64,000 nucleotides of DNA from an uncultured Gemmatimonadaceae bacterium (lineage in GTDB: Bacteria > Gemmatimonadota > Gemmatimonadetes > Gemmatimonadales > Gemmatimonadaceae): contig CAWJMB010000002.1 of NCBI GenBank assembly GCA_963843845.1, positions 96,001 to 160,000 on the forward strand, given 5' to 3'. Shown here piece after piece: positions 39,599 through 48,232 of the stretch (its first letter is position 1; every line of letters starts with the position of its first letter). The notes below the pieces were generated by a model. That model searched no databases and had not been told where the DNA came from. It worked only from the letters and a program-made list of their open reading frames with translations. The translations under genes were made by a program, and so were the position numbers.

Positions 39599-41012
39599 CG
39601 AGTCGGGGATCGGGGATGGGGGACCGGGTCGCGATCGTCGACACCGGTCCCCCATCCCCGATCCCCGCGTCCCGAACCCAGCGATCGCGATACGCCAGCG
39701 TCGCCGCGTACGATCCGCGTCCCCACTGCAACAGCATCGTGGCGAGCGACAGGCCGGTGACGAGCACGATCGTGAGCGACAGGCCGACGGCGTCGTCGCG
39801 GCGGAAGACGTAGTCGGTGAGCAGCGCGACCGCCGTCGGGCCGAGGCCGAGGCCGATGAGGTTCACGACGAAGAGATAGGACGCGGAGATCTGCGCGCGC
39901 ATGCGGTTCGGCGCGAGCTCCTGCACGACCGCGGCGGCGGCGCCGTACGGAAACGCGTTGAAGAAGTAGAGCGGCGAGAGGAGGACGGCCGCCGTCGTGC
40001 CGTTCGGCGCGAGGGCCAGCGCGACCGCGCTCGCCAGCATGCCGAGCGCGCCGACGAGGCAGGTGACGAGCTTCGCGTCCGACCGCCCGCGCCGCAGCAG
40101 CACGTCCGCGACGCGCCCGCCGGCGACGATGCCGACGGTGCCCAACACGAGGATCGACGCGCCGGAGATGACGCCCACGCGCGCCGTCGTCCATCCGTAC
40201 TGCCGCACGAACACCGTCGGGATCCACGCCATCGCCGCGTAGCCGGCGAACGAGATCATGGCGATGCCGACGTGGTGCGCGGCGAACGTGCGGCGGTTGT
40301 CGGCGACGTAGCGCATCGTCTCGCGCACCGCGAGCGGCGCGAGCGTCGCCGCGCGCCGTGGCGGCTCCCTGACGGTGCCCAACAGCAGCGCGATCAGCAG
40401 CCCCGGCAGCCCGATGACGAAGAACACCGTCTGCCACGCGTGCACCGCGCCGACGAGCGGCACGACGATCGTCGATGCCGTGGCGAGCCAGCCGATCACG
40501 AGCCCGCCGGCGATCATCGCGATCCCCGACCCGATGTAGATGCCGGCCGAGTAGACCGACAGCGCGGTGGCCAGCCGGTCGCGCGGAACGGTGTCGGCGA
40601 GCAGCGAGTATGCGGCCGGCGACAGCGCGGCCTCGCCGACGCCGACGCCGACGCGCGCGAGGAACAACCCTCCGTAGCTGCGCACGACACCGCACAGCGC
40701 GGTCATCACGCTCCACACGGCGATCCCCCACGCGATGATGCCGCGGCGGCTGCGCGCGTCGGCGAGTCGCCCGATCGGGAGGCCGAGGAAGGTGTAGAGG
40801 ATCGCGAACGAGAGCCCCATGAGCAGACTCATCGCCGTGTCGCCGATGCCGAGGTCGCGGCGGATCGGGGCGACGAGCAGGCTCATGATCTGTCGGTCGA
40901 TGAACGACGAGACGTAGGCGAGCGTCAGCACCGCGACGACGTACCACTGGTAGCGCGGCGACGCGTCTGGCGTGTCGTCGCGCGTCGTCGCGCGCGTGCT
41001 GATCTCGTTCAT
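39513..41012 (-). CDS. MFS transporter (Spinster-like); C-terminus extends through a palindromic repeat
   Basis: SFIDRQIMSLL, GRLADARSRR motif A, ARVGVGVGEAALSPAAYSLLAD, GLGLGPTAVA. Confidence 0.92.
   Translation of the reverse strand: MNEISTRATTRDDTPDASPRYQWYVVAVLTLAYVSSFIDRQIMSLLVAPIRRDLGIGDTAMSLLMGLSFAILYTFLGLPIGRLADARSRRGIIAWGIAVWSVMTALCGVVRSYGGLFLARVGVGVGEAALSPAAYSLLADTVPRDRLATALSVYSAGIYIGSGIAMIAGGLVIGWLATASTIVVPLVGAVHAWQTVFFVIGLPGLLIALLLGTVREPPRRAATLAPLAVRETMRYVADNRRTFAAHHVGIAMISFAGYAAMAWIPTVFVRQYGWTTARVGVISGASILVLGTVGIVAGGRVADVLLRRGRSDAKLVTCLVGALGMLASAVALALAPNGTTAAVLLSPLYFFNAFPYGAAAAVVQELAPNRMRAQISASYLFVVNLIGLGLGPTAVALLTDYVFRRDDAVGLSLTIVLVTGLSLATMLLQWGRGSYAATLAYRDRWVRDAGIGDGGPVSTIATRSPIPDPRLGRPRSTHSAASTSSSTTPASPGTASSRR
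39604..39667. repeat. Perfect 24-bp inverted repeat, GGGGATC heptamer family
   Basis: CGGGGATCGGGGATGGGGGACCGG (39604-39627) / CCGGTCCCCCATCCCCGATCCCCG (39644-39667). Confidence 0.9.
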
Positions 41013-41121
41013 GAGCGGCGGGTGGCCCGGCGGGCCGTACGGGTCGTTCGCGTGCAGCACGAGCGTCGGCGGCCGAACGTGCTGCACGCAATCTACGGCA
41101 GTTCGCGCCTGGCTCGAGCGT

Positions 41122-41207
41122 TCTCGACAGAAGGAACGGAAGGTACAGAAGATCTGCTCGGGTGCTCGCTTCCGTTCCCTCTGTGCCTTCCGTTCCTTCT
41201 GTCGAGA
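41122..41207. repeat. Long palindrome, GGAAGGAAC family (copy 2)
   Basis: TCTCGACAGAAGGAACGGAAGG / CCTTCCGTTCCTTCTGTCGAGA, 22-bp perfect arms. Confidence 0.88.
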
Positions 41208-41372
41208 GCTACGGCAGACGCATCCGCGATTCGCTGTAGACACGGTACGACTCGCTCCCCGGCTCGTCGCTGGCGCACGGATCGCGGCGCACGAGCCTGC
41301 CCTCACGAGCGCGACGCGGCGACGGCGCGCTTATTTCACCGGTAGGCAACCCGAGTCCTGCGCCCTCCGACC

Positions 41373-41708
41373 ATGTCCAGCTACGTCGCCCGCCCCACGA
41401 AGTTCTGCCACGCCTGCGGCTCCGTCATCGACGCGATGGCGATCGTCTGCCCGCGCTGCGGCGTCGCGCAGGGTGGTACGAGTCTCATGTTCGCGCACTC
41501 CGAGAAGCGTGTGCTCCCTGCGTTTCTGCTCTGCTTCTTCCTCGGCGTGTTCGGCGCGCACCGCTTCTACGTCGGGAAGTGGGGAACGGGCGCGCTGCAG
41601 CTCGTGACGCTCGGCGGGCTCGGGCTCTGGGCCCTCGTCGACATGATCATGATCGCGACGGGCAACTTCCGCGACGAGGACGGCGAGAAGCTCACGGCGT
41701 GGACGTGA
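41373..41708 (+). CDS. TM2 domain protein with N-terminal zinc ribbon
   Basis: FCHACG...CPRCG; LLCFFLGVFGAHRFYVGK; TLGGLGLWALVD. Confidence 0.92.
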   Translation: MSSYVARPTKFCHACGSVIDAMAIVCPRCGVAQGGTSLMFAHSEKRVLPAFLLCFFLGVFGAHRFYVGKWGTGALQLVTLGGLGLWALVDMIMIATGNFRDEDGEKLTAWT

Positions 41709-42315
41709 CCGGGGAGGTGACGTCGGCCGCCGACTGCGGCGCCGCTGACCGCGCCGCGTACGGCGGGACGTCGCCGAGCCGGCGGTAGAAGAACGTCGTC
41801 GGGCAGGGACGCCCGTCCGGCCAGAGCGCGTAGTCCGGCACGACGCCGACCCGCTCCCACCCCATCCGCACGTACAGTCGCTCGGCGGGGCTGTCAGTGA
41901 CGGTATCGAGGACGAGCAGTGTCTTGCCGGCCTCGCGCGCGGCATCTTCGGCGGCCCGCACGAGCAGCGCGCCGACACCGCGACAGCGGGCGGACTGGCG
42001 CACCAGCATCTTCGCGACGTCGCCACGGTGCGGCTGGTTCTCCGGCCGCGCGAACACGACCTGCACCGTCCCGACGATCGCACCGCTCGCTCGGTCTTCC
42101 GCGATCAGGAGAATGCGGTCGCCTGTCGCGACACCGTCGGCGACACCGCGCCAGAACGCGTCGGCGCGCTGCTGCGTCAGCGGCGCCATGAAGCTCACCG
42201 ACGCGCCGCCGTCGACGCAGTCGATCAGGACGTCGGACAGCGCGCCGACGCTCGCGCCCGCCTCTCCCGCGGAGAGGGCGCGGATCGCGACGGCGGCGGT
42301 GGACGGCTCGGCCAT
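41692..42315 (-). CDS. GNAT acetyltransferase
   Basis: DCVDGGASVSFMAPL, VGTVQV, NQPHRGDVAKMLV, LLVLDT, YVRMGW. Confidence 0.9.
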   Translation of the reverse strand: MAEPSTAAVAIRALSAGEAGASVGALSDVLIDCVDGGASVSFMAPLTQQRADAFWRGVADGVATGDRILLIAEDRASGAIVGTVQVVFARPENQPHRGDVAKMLVRQSARCRGVGALLVRAAEDAAREAGKTLLVLDTVTDSPAERLYVRMGWERVGVVPDYALWPDGRPCPTTFFYRRLGDVPPYAARSAAPQSAADVTSPVTSTP

Positions 42316-42622
42316 GCGAGGTGAATCTATAGCGCGCCATGCCGACACCGCATGACGGGAATCTCCGTGCGCCCGGAGCGCCGTCGTCGCCGGCCTCGCG
42401 CTCTCCGTTCTGTGAGGCGGCCTGCTCGGCGGACACACGAGCGCGCAGGCGGGGCAGCCGCGGGCCCGAGGTCGGCCATCTGCCGCTCGTCGGGTGAAAC
42501 CTCGCCGGCGGCGACCTGCGCGTCGCGCACGTGCTCGGCCGGCACGTCGAGCAGGCGCTCCCGGCGGCGGGGCGACCCGTGCTGTGAATCGTGCGTGTTG
42601 GAATTCTTTCTCGGAAAAAACC

Positions 42623-42682
42623 GAAGGAACGGAAGGAACCCGAAGGGCTCGTCCAGGCCCTTCGGGTTCCTTCCGTTCCTTC
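42623..42682. repeat. Long palindrome, GGAAGGAAC family (copy 3)
   Basis: GAAGGAACGGAAGGAACCCGAAGGGC / GCCCTTCGGGTTCCTTCCGTTCCTTC, 26-bp perfect arms. Confidence 0.88.
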
Positions 42683-42699
42683 CGCGCAAATTCTCCAGG

Positions 42700-45321
42700 C
42701 TACCGTCGGTAGGTCAGCCCGATCACCAGCCGGTTCACGTCGAAGAAGTCGATCCCCTGGTGCTCGACGAGCAGCTCGGGCGTGCGGCCGGCGGCGGAGA
42801 GCGCGCGCAGCACGCCGCCGATCGCCGGCAGGTCGGTGGTCACGCCGTAGGCCGGCGTGAGGACGATGTCGAGGCCGTCACGGCCGCCGACGCGCCCGCC
42901 GAAGTTGATGAAGCCCGCGCCGAGCGACGCGCGCGGCCGCACGCGGCCTAACGGGCCGAGGCGGACGCCGCCGAACTCGTAGAGCAGGTTGCCGGCGACG
43001 TAGGTGGACGTGCCGCCGCCGCCGAACCCGAACGCGAGCTCGGGCACGAGGTGGAAGCCCGGCAGCGACGGCGACACCTCGCCGAGGTCGAGGCGGGCGC
43101 CGAGCAGCGGCTGGAAGCCGTTGCTGAACGTGAAGCCGGAGTAAACGGTCGCGCCGGCGACGCCGCCGCCTCGGGTCTGGGTCGACGCTCGCGTCGTCTC
43201 ACGCGGCGTCTCGACGGCGGGCGCCGCCGGCGCCGCCGGGCGCGCACGCTCGACCTCGTCGCGCACGATCGTGCGGATCTCGTCGGCCGAGAGCGATCGG
43301 GCGCTCGGCGTCTGCGGGGCGCGGTCGCGGAGCCCGGCGGCGACGCGCTCGTCGATGCGCGCGTCGAGGCGCTCGAGCACGCGCTCGACGATGCGCCGCT
43401 CCATCGCGGCCAGGTCGGCCTCGGTCATGGCGGGCGAGGTGTCGGCGTCCTTGCGCGCCGGCAGCTGGCTGCGCGACGTGCGCGGGGCCGGTGCGCCGCC
43501 GCGCGGCGGCTGGACGGACGGCCGCATGTCCGAGGCGAGCGCGTTCGCGCGCATCCCCTCCATCTCGTCGCGCACGGCCTGGCGCACGACGTCGCGCAGC
43601 TCGGCCGCGCTCACCCCCGACATGCCCGACGATCGGCCGCCGGCGGCGAGGTCGCGCTCGACGATCCGCTCGCGCGTGACGTCACGCGTCTCGACGTCGC
43701 GGCGCACCTCGTCACGCCTCGGCTCGTCGCGGCGCATGTCGTCCGGACGGCGCTCGCCCGGGGCCGGCGCGGCGGGGCGCGGCGGGCCGTAGCGGATGAT
43801 GATCTCCCCTTCCGTCGGCACGACGATCTGCGTCGTGCGGTCGCTCGCGTAGCCCTGGCCGTTCGCGCCGGTGGTGACGCGCTGCACGACGACGCGCCGC
43901 TCGAGCGAGCGGTCGGCGCCGAGTGCGCTGTCCGCCTGCGCGCCGCGCAGCGTGTCGCCGCGCTGCGTCACGACGACCGTGTCGACGCGCGTCTGCGCCA
44001 CCGTCGTCGGCGATGGAGCGACCGTCGTCGGCCTCGTTCCGACCGGCGTCATCCGCTGACCCGACTGCCGGTCGACGAACACGGTGTCGGTGCGCACGCC
44101 GCGCGCCGACCGCGTGCGCCCGCCGAGCTGCAGCGAGAGCCCGGCCGAGTACTGCCAGTTGCTGCGCAGCTGCCCCGTCTCGTTCACGTCCTGCAGCCGC
44201 CCCTCGCGCGACATGAGATAGTCGCGCGCGGCGACGTTCAGGATGAGGTGGCTGAAGATCGGGATGCGCACGCCGGCACCGCCGATGAGCGCCATCCGGT
44301 CACGCGGACGCGCCGTCGTCGCCGAGTCGTTCGGGCCGCGGTAGCCGTCCATGAAGTCGATCTGCGCCGCGCCGGCGAGCAGGTACGGGGAGAGCCCGGC
44401 GCCGGTGTTGAGGCTGAACTGCCCCTCGCCGCCGTACGCCTGCACGCGCTGCGTCGCGTCGAAGTCGGAGTTCACGCCGCGCCAGTAGAAGCCGCGCAGC
44501 CCGACGAGCGGTCCGAAGTCGACGCCGGTGCGCGCGCCGACGAGGTACTGCTTGCCGATGCCCGTCTCGCCGTCGAAGTCGAGGCGCCCGGCGAACACGT
44601 CGAGCGGGAGCGAGAAGTTCGTGAGCGACGACGTGGGCTGGTCGTTGTAGCCGACGGTGCTGCCTAACGGGATCGACACCGACGCGCCGTACGCGAGGTT
44701 CGAGCGCAGCTTGGTCGCCTGCGAGTCGATCGCGGCGAGCCCGCCCGTCGTCATCGGGTTCGCGAGATTCAGCAGCAGCGTGCGGTCGATGCGGAAGCGC
44801 AGGTCCTGCGCGTAGACGTTGAAGCGCAGCCCGCCGGGGCGCCCGAAGCGCAGCCCGCCCGCGTACTGCAGCGCGATGCGGTCCGTGCGCCGGCCATTGT
44901 CGGGCTCGAAGCGCAGGATCGAGCCGCCGCCGCGGACGTAGGGGGTGATGCCGCCGGTGCCGAAGTTCAGCACGAAGTCGGCGCCGTAGTTCTTGACGTC
45001 GAGCCCCGGGTTCTGCGGCGGCGTGCCGTTGACGTTGAGCCGCGAGTACAGGTCGCGGATCCTCGCATCGGTGCCCTGGCTGGTCAGGTAGAATCCCTGC
45101 AGCTCGACGATGCGGCCGAACACGATCCCGGCGCGCGCGCCGTACGTGAACGTGTCGTCGAGGCCGAGCGCGTCGTCCCAGCGCACCTGCTGCGCGGTCG
45201 GAGCGATGGTGTAGCGAAGGTCCTGCGCGGCCGCACTGTGCGCAGAGAGGAGCGTGCCGAGCACGAGCGCGCCGAGTGGCGTGCCCGATCGACCGCGCTT
45301 CGAGAACGAAGGTTGTGTCAT
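42700..45321 (-). CDS. Large secreted protein with repeated outer-membrane beta-barrel-like domains and a charged helical linker
   Basis: Signal peptide ending AAAQ; repeated TPYVRGGGS / SPYLLAGAA strands; C-terminal IGLTYRR. Confidence 0.75.
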   Translation of the reverse strand: MTQPSFSKRGRSGTPLGALVLGTLLSAHSAAAQDLRYTIAPTAQQVRWDDALGLDDTFTYGARAGIVFGRIVELQGFYLTSQGTDARIRDLYSRLNVNGTPPQNPGLDVKNYGADFVLNFGTGGITPYVRGGGSILRFEPDNGRRTDRIALQYAGGLRFGRPGGLRFNVYAQDLRFRIDRTLLLNLANPMTTGGLAAIDSQATKLRSNLAYGASVSIPLGSTVGYNDQPTSSLTNFSLPLDVFAGRLDFDGETGIGKQYLVGARTGVDFGPLVGLRGFYWRGVNSDFDATQRVQAYGGEGQFSLNTGAGLSPYLLAGAAQIDFMDGYRGPNDSATTARPRDRMALIGGAGVRIPIFSHLILNVAARDYLMSREGRLQDVNETGQLRSNWQYSAGLSLQLGGRTRSARGVRTDTVFVDRQSGQRMTPVGTRPTTVAPSPTTVAQTRVDTVVVTQRGDTLRGAQADSALGADRSLERRVVVQRVTTGANGQGYASDRTTQIVVPTEGEIIIRYGPPRPAAPAPGERRPDDMRRDEPRRDEVRRDVETRDVTRERIVERDLAAGGRSSGMSGVSAAELRDVVRQAVRDEMEGMRANALASDMRPSVQPPRGGAPAPRTSRSQLPARKDADTSPAMTEADLAAMERRIVERVLERLDARIDERVAAGLRDRAPQTPSARSLSADEIRTIVRDEVERARPAAPAAPAVETPRETTRASTQTRGGGVAGATVYSGFTFSNGFQPLLGARLDLGEVSPSLPGFHLVPELAFGFGGGGTSTYVAGNLLYEFGGVRLGPLGRVRPRASLGAGFINFGGRVGGRDGLDIVLTPAYGVTTDLPAIGGVLRALSAAGRTPELLVEHQGIDFFDVNRLVIGLTYRR

Positions 45322-45422
45322 GAGACCGAGTTTGTGTGACAGACAACACGAACGTGCGTGATAAACGCATGTCTTGGGCCGCCGTCGGCCGGAAAGCACG
45401 TATACGCTCTACTTTTCGCCTC

Positions 45423-45983
45423 ATGACTCTCTCCAACGCCATCCAGAACCGCCGCTCGATCAAGCGGTTCACCGACCGCCAGATCTCGCGCGACGAGATC
45501 GAGACGCTGCTCGCCGCCGCGACGCTCGCGCCGAACCACCGCCTGACGCTGCCGTGGCGCTTCTACGTGTTGGGCCCCGAGGCGCGGTACGCGTACGGGC
45601 TCGCGTTAGGCGCGCGCAAGGCGAAGAAGATCGAGGACTCCGACGCCGCGGCGAAGATGCGCGAGACCGTCGGCGCCGAGCACCGCGCGCTCCCGGCGAT
45701 GATCATCGTCGCGATGATCGGCAACGAGAACGCCGAGATCGCCGAGGAGGACTACGCGGCGGTGATGATGGGGGTGCAGAACCTCGCGCTCGCCGCCGTC
45801 GACCTCGGGCTCGGCACGTCGATCAAGTCGGGGGCGATCATGAGCGACCCGGCCGCGCGCGCCGCCGTCGGCCTCCCCGACGACCAGCGCATCGTGGCCG
45901 TCGTGAACGTCGGCGAGCCGGCCGAGGTGCCGCCGGCGAAGGCGCGCGGCTCGGCGGCCGAGCGCACGACGTGGGTGCCGTGA
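45423..45983 (+). CDS. Nitroreductase (YdjA-like)
   Basis: IQNRRSIKRF, APNHRLTLPWRFYV, VQNLALAAVDLGLGT. Confidence 0.9.
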   Translation: MTLSNAIQNRRSIKRFTDRQISRDEIETLLAAATLAPNHRLTLPWRFYVLGPEARYAYGLALGARKAKKIEDSDAAAKMRETVGAEHRALPAMIIVAMIGNENAEIAEEDYAAVMMGVQNLALAAVDLGLGTSIKSGAIMSDPAARAAVGLPDDQRIVAVVNVGEPAEVPPAKARGSAAERTTWVP

Positions 45984-46930
45984 CCACACGCGGCGCCGAA
46001 CGCGGGCTCGCGCTCGCGGGCGGCGTCCTGCTGCTCGCCGCGACCGCCGCCGGCGCGCAGTCGCGCCCCGCGGCGCCGAACGACCTGCCGAGCACGGCGC
46101 CGACGCCGAACTGCCCGAGCTGCGCGGAGTGGAACGCGCCGCACGCGCCGGTGCGGCTGTTCGCGAACACGTGGTTCGTCGGCACGAACGGCCTCAGCGC
46201 GATCCTCGTCACGTCGAGCGCGGGGCACGTGCTGATCGACGGCGGCCTCGCCGAGTCGGCGCCGCTGATCGAGGCGAACGTCCGCGCGGCCGGCTTCCGC
46301 GTCGAGGACGTGCGGCTGATCCTCAACTCGCACGTGCACTACGACCACGCGGCGGGGATCGCGTACCTGCAGCGCCGCTCCGGCGCGTCGGTCGCCGCGC
46401 GGGCGCCGAGCGCCTCGGTGCTGCGGCTCGGGCGCTCCGACCCGACCGACCCGCAGCACGGTACGCTCGCGCCGTTCGCGCCGGTCGCGAACGTGCGCGT
46501 CGTCGCCGCCGGCGAGACGGTGCGCGTCGGCCCGCTCGCGCTCACGGCGCACGCGACGGCCGGCCACACGCCGGGCGGCACGACGTGGACGTGGCGCAGC
46601 TGCGACGGCGCGGGTGCGGCCGCGCGCTGCCTCGACTTCGTCTACGCCGACAGCCAGACGCCGGTCTCGGCCGACGGCTTTCTGTACTCGCGCAGCACGA
46701 CGTACCCGACCGGCGTCGAGGACTTCCGGCGCGGCGCCGACCTGATCGAGCGGCTGCCGTGCGACGTGCTCGTCACGCCGCACCCGTCGGCGTCGCGGCT
46801 GTGGGAGCGCGTCGCGGCGCGCGACGGCGGGCGCGCGGACGCGCTCGTCGTGCGCGGCGCCTGCCGACGCTACGCGGCGACCGCGCGGCAGGCGCTGGCG
46901 CGGCGGCTGGCCGAGGAGCGGGGGCGCTGA
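45980..46930 (+). CDS. Subclass B3 metallo-beta-lactamase
   Basis: Signal peptide; WNAPHAPVRLFANTWFVGT, LIDGG, NSHVHYDHAAG (HxHxDH), GHTPGGTTW, LPCDVLVTPHP. Confidence 0.9.
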   Translation: MTTRGAERGLALAGGVLLLAATAAGAQSRPAAPNDLPSTAPTPNCPSCAEWNAPHAPVRLFANTWFVGTNGLSAILVTSSAGHVLIDGGLAESAPLIEANVRAAGFRVEDVRLILNSHVHYDHAAGIAYLQRRSGASVAARAPSASVLRLGRSDPTDPQHGTLAPFAPVANVRVVAAGETVRVGPLALTAHATAGHTPGGTTWTWRSCDGAGAAARCLDFVYADSQTPVSADGFLYSRSTTYPTGVEDFRRGADLIERLPCDVLVTPHPSASRLWERVAARDGGRADALVVRGACRRYAATARQALARRLAEERGR

Positions 46931-46946
46931 GGGCGCCCCGCCCCGC

Positions 46947-47507
46947 TCACACCGGCTCGGCGAGCGCGGGGAGGCGGTCGGGCGTCGTCCGCCGGCGGAG
47001 CGCGGCGGCCGAGACGAGCGCGGCCAGCAGCCCGACCGGCAGCGGCTCGAGGAACGTGTACGCGCTGTTGACGAGCGGGTTGTCGTAGCTCGCCTCGTCG
47101 CGCGCCATCCGCGCCTGCAGCGCGGCGAGCTGCGCCGGCGTCGCCCCCTTCGCGCGCTCCTGCTCGAGCTGGTGCGCGTGGTACTTCACGAGGAAGTCCG
47201 GTTTGAAGTTGAAGTAGATCACCTCCCACGTCGCCACGTAGCACGCGCTCGACACGGCGACGATGAGCATCCCGACCGCGAACGCGCGCCCGAAGCTCAC
47301 CCGGCCGCCGGCCGTCGTGTCGCGGTAGCGGCGGACGCCGAAGTAGACGAGCAGCGACGCGGCGACCATCGTCGCGTAGCCGACGACCATGCCGGCGATG
47401 CCGTAGCCGATCCGGTCCTGGAACGGCTGCGTGAGCACCATCATCGCCGAGAGAACGAGGCCGGAGAGCAGGCCGAACGTGAGGACGATCTTGCGCATCG
47501 AGGGCAT
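46947..47507 (-). CDS. DUF4199 membrane protein
   Basis: MRKIVLTFGLLSG, VGYATMV, FGVRRYRD, VSFGRAF, YVATWEVIY, TFLEPLPVGLL. Confidence 0.85.
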   Translation of the reverse strand: MPSMRKIVLTFGLLSGLVLSAMMVLTQPFQDRIGYGIAGMVVGYATMVAASLLVYFGVRRYRDTTAGGRVSFGRAFAVGMLIVAVSSACYVATWEVIYFNFKPDFLVKYHAHQLEQERAKGATPAQLAALQARMARDEASYDNPLVNSAYTFLEPLPVGLLAALVSAAALRRRTTPDRLPALAEPV

Positions 47508-47627
47508 GGGTCGGGGATCGGTCGCGGGGGAGGGGAACGTCGGTCGCGACAGCATGGCGGGGCGGGACGCGCGGCGCGTCACCGGAAAGGATGATTCTGC
47601 GCCGGCGGGCGCAGAATCCCCACGAAA

Positions 47628-47643
47628 TCATCCTAAGGGATGA
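47628..47643. promoter_or_regulatory. Palindrome TCATCC-TAAG-GGATGA, candidate LuxR-family operator
   Basis: Overlaps the regulator stop codon, about 120 bp upstream of DUF4199; extra half-site GGATGAT at 47589. Confidence 0.5.
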
Positions 47644-48127
47644 GCCCCGCCTCCTTCGCGCGCTGCACGGCCTGCGTCCGCCGCCGGGCGCCGAGCTTGT
47701 CGAGCAGCCGGCTGGCGTGCGTCTTCACCGTGTTCTCGCTCACGAACAGCCGCTCGGCGATCTCGCGGTTGCTCAGCCCCTCGGCGACGAGCCGCAGGAT
47801 CTCGTGCTCGCGCGGCGTGATCCCGAGCGCCGCGAGCCGCGCCGGGTCGGCGACGAACGGCTCGACTGGCGCCGCGGCCGTCGGGGCCGGCACCTCGACG
47901 AGGACCTCGACGGGCACCTCGCGCACGACGACGCGCTCGACGACGGCCGCACCGGGCCGCGTGACGCGGAGCCCGAGCCAGATGCCGAGCGCGGCGAACA
48001 GCACGGCGATCAGCGCGCCGTAGATCTCGACCGCGTGCTCGACGACCAGGAAGCGGTACTCGACGAGCTGCAGCACGGCGATCAGCACGCCGGCGAGCAG
48101 GCCGTAGACGAGAACCGTTTTGCGCAC
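47633..48127 (-). CDS. LuxR-type HTH regulator with two N-terminal TM helices
   Basis: VLVYGLLAGVLIAVL / IYGALIAVLFAALGIWLG then ITPREHEILRLVAEGLSNREIAERLFVSENTVKTH. Confidence 0.9.
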   Translation of the reverse strand: MRKTVLVYGLLAGVLIAVLQLVEYRFLVVEHAVEIYGALIAVLFAALGIWLGLRVTRPGAAVVERVVVREVPVEVLVEVPAPTAAAPVEPFVADPARLAALGITPREHEILRLVAEGLSNREIAERLFVSENTVKTHASRLLDKLGARRRTQAVQRAKEAGLIP

Positions 48128-48232
48128 GTCCGAGGATCGTACGGGACGCGGCGGCGCACCAGGGCCCCGACGCCGCCGACGGTCCGCGGTCTGCGAGAGG
48201 AGGCGCCCTGCCCCCCAATCACCGGAGCCGTC

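Noticed and set aside
42327..42600. Short ORFs between the GNAT gene and palindrome copy 3
   Set aside because: No recognisable motif and inconsistent codon pattern
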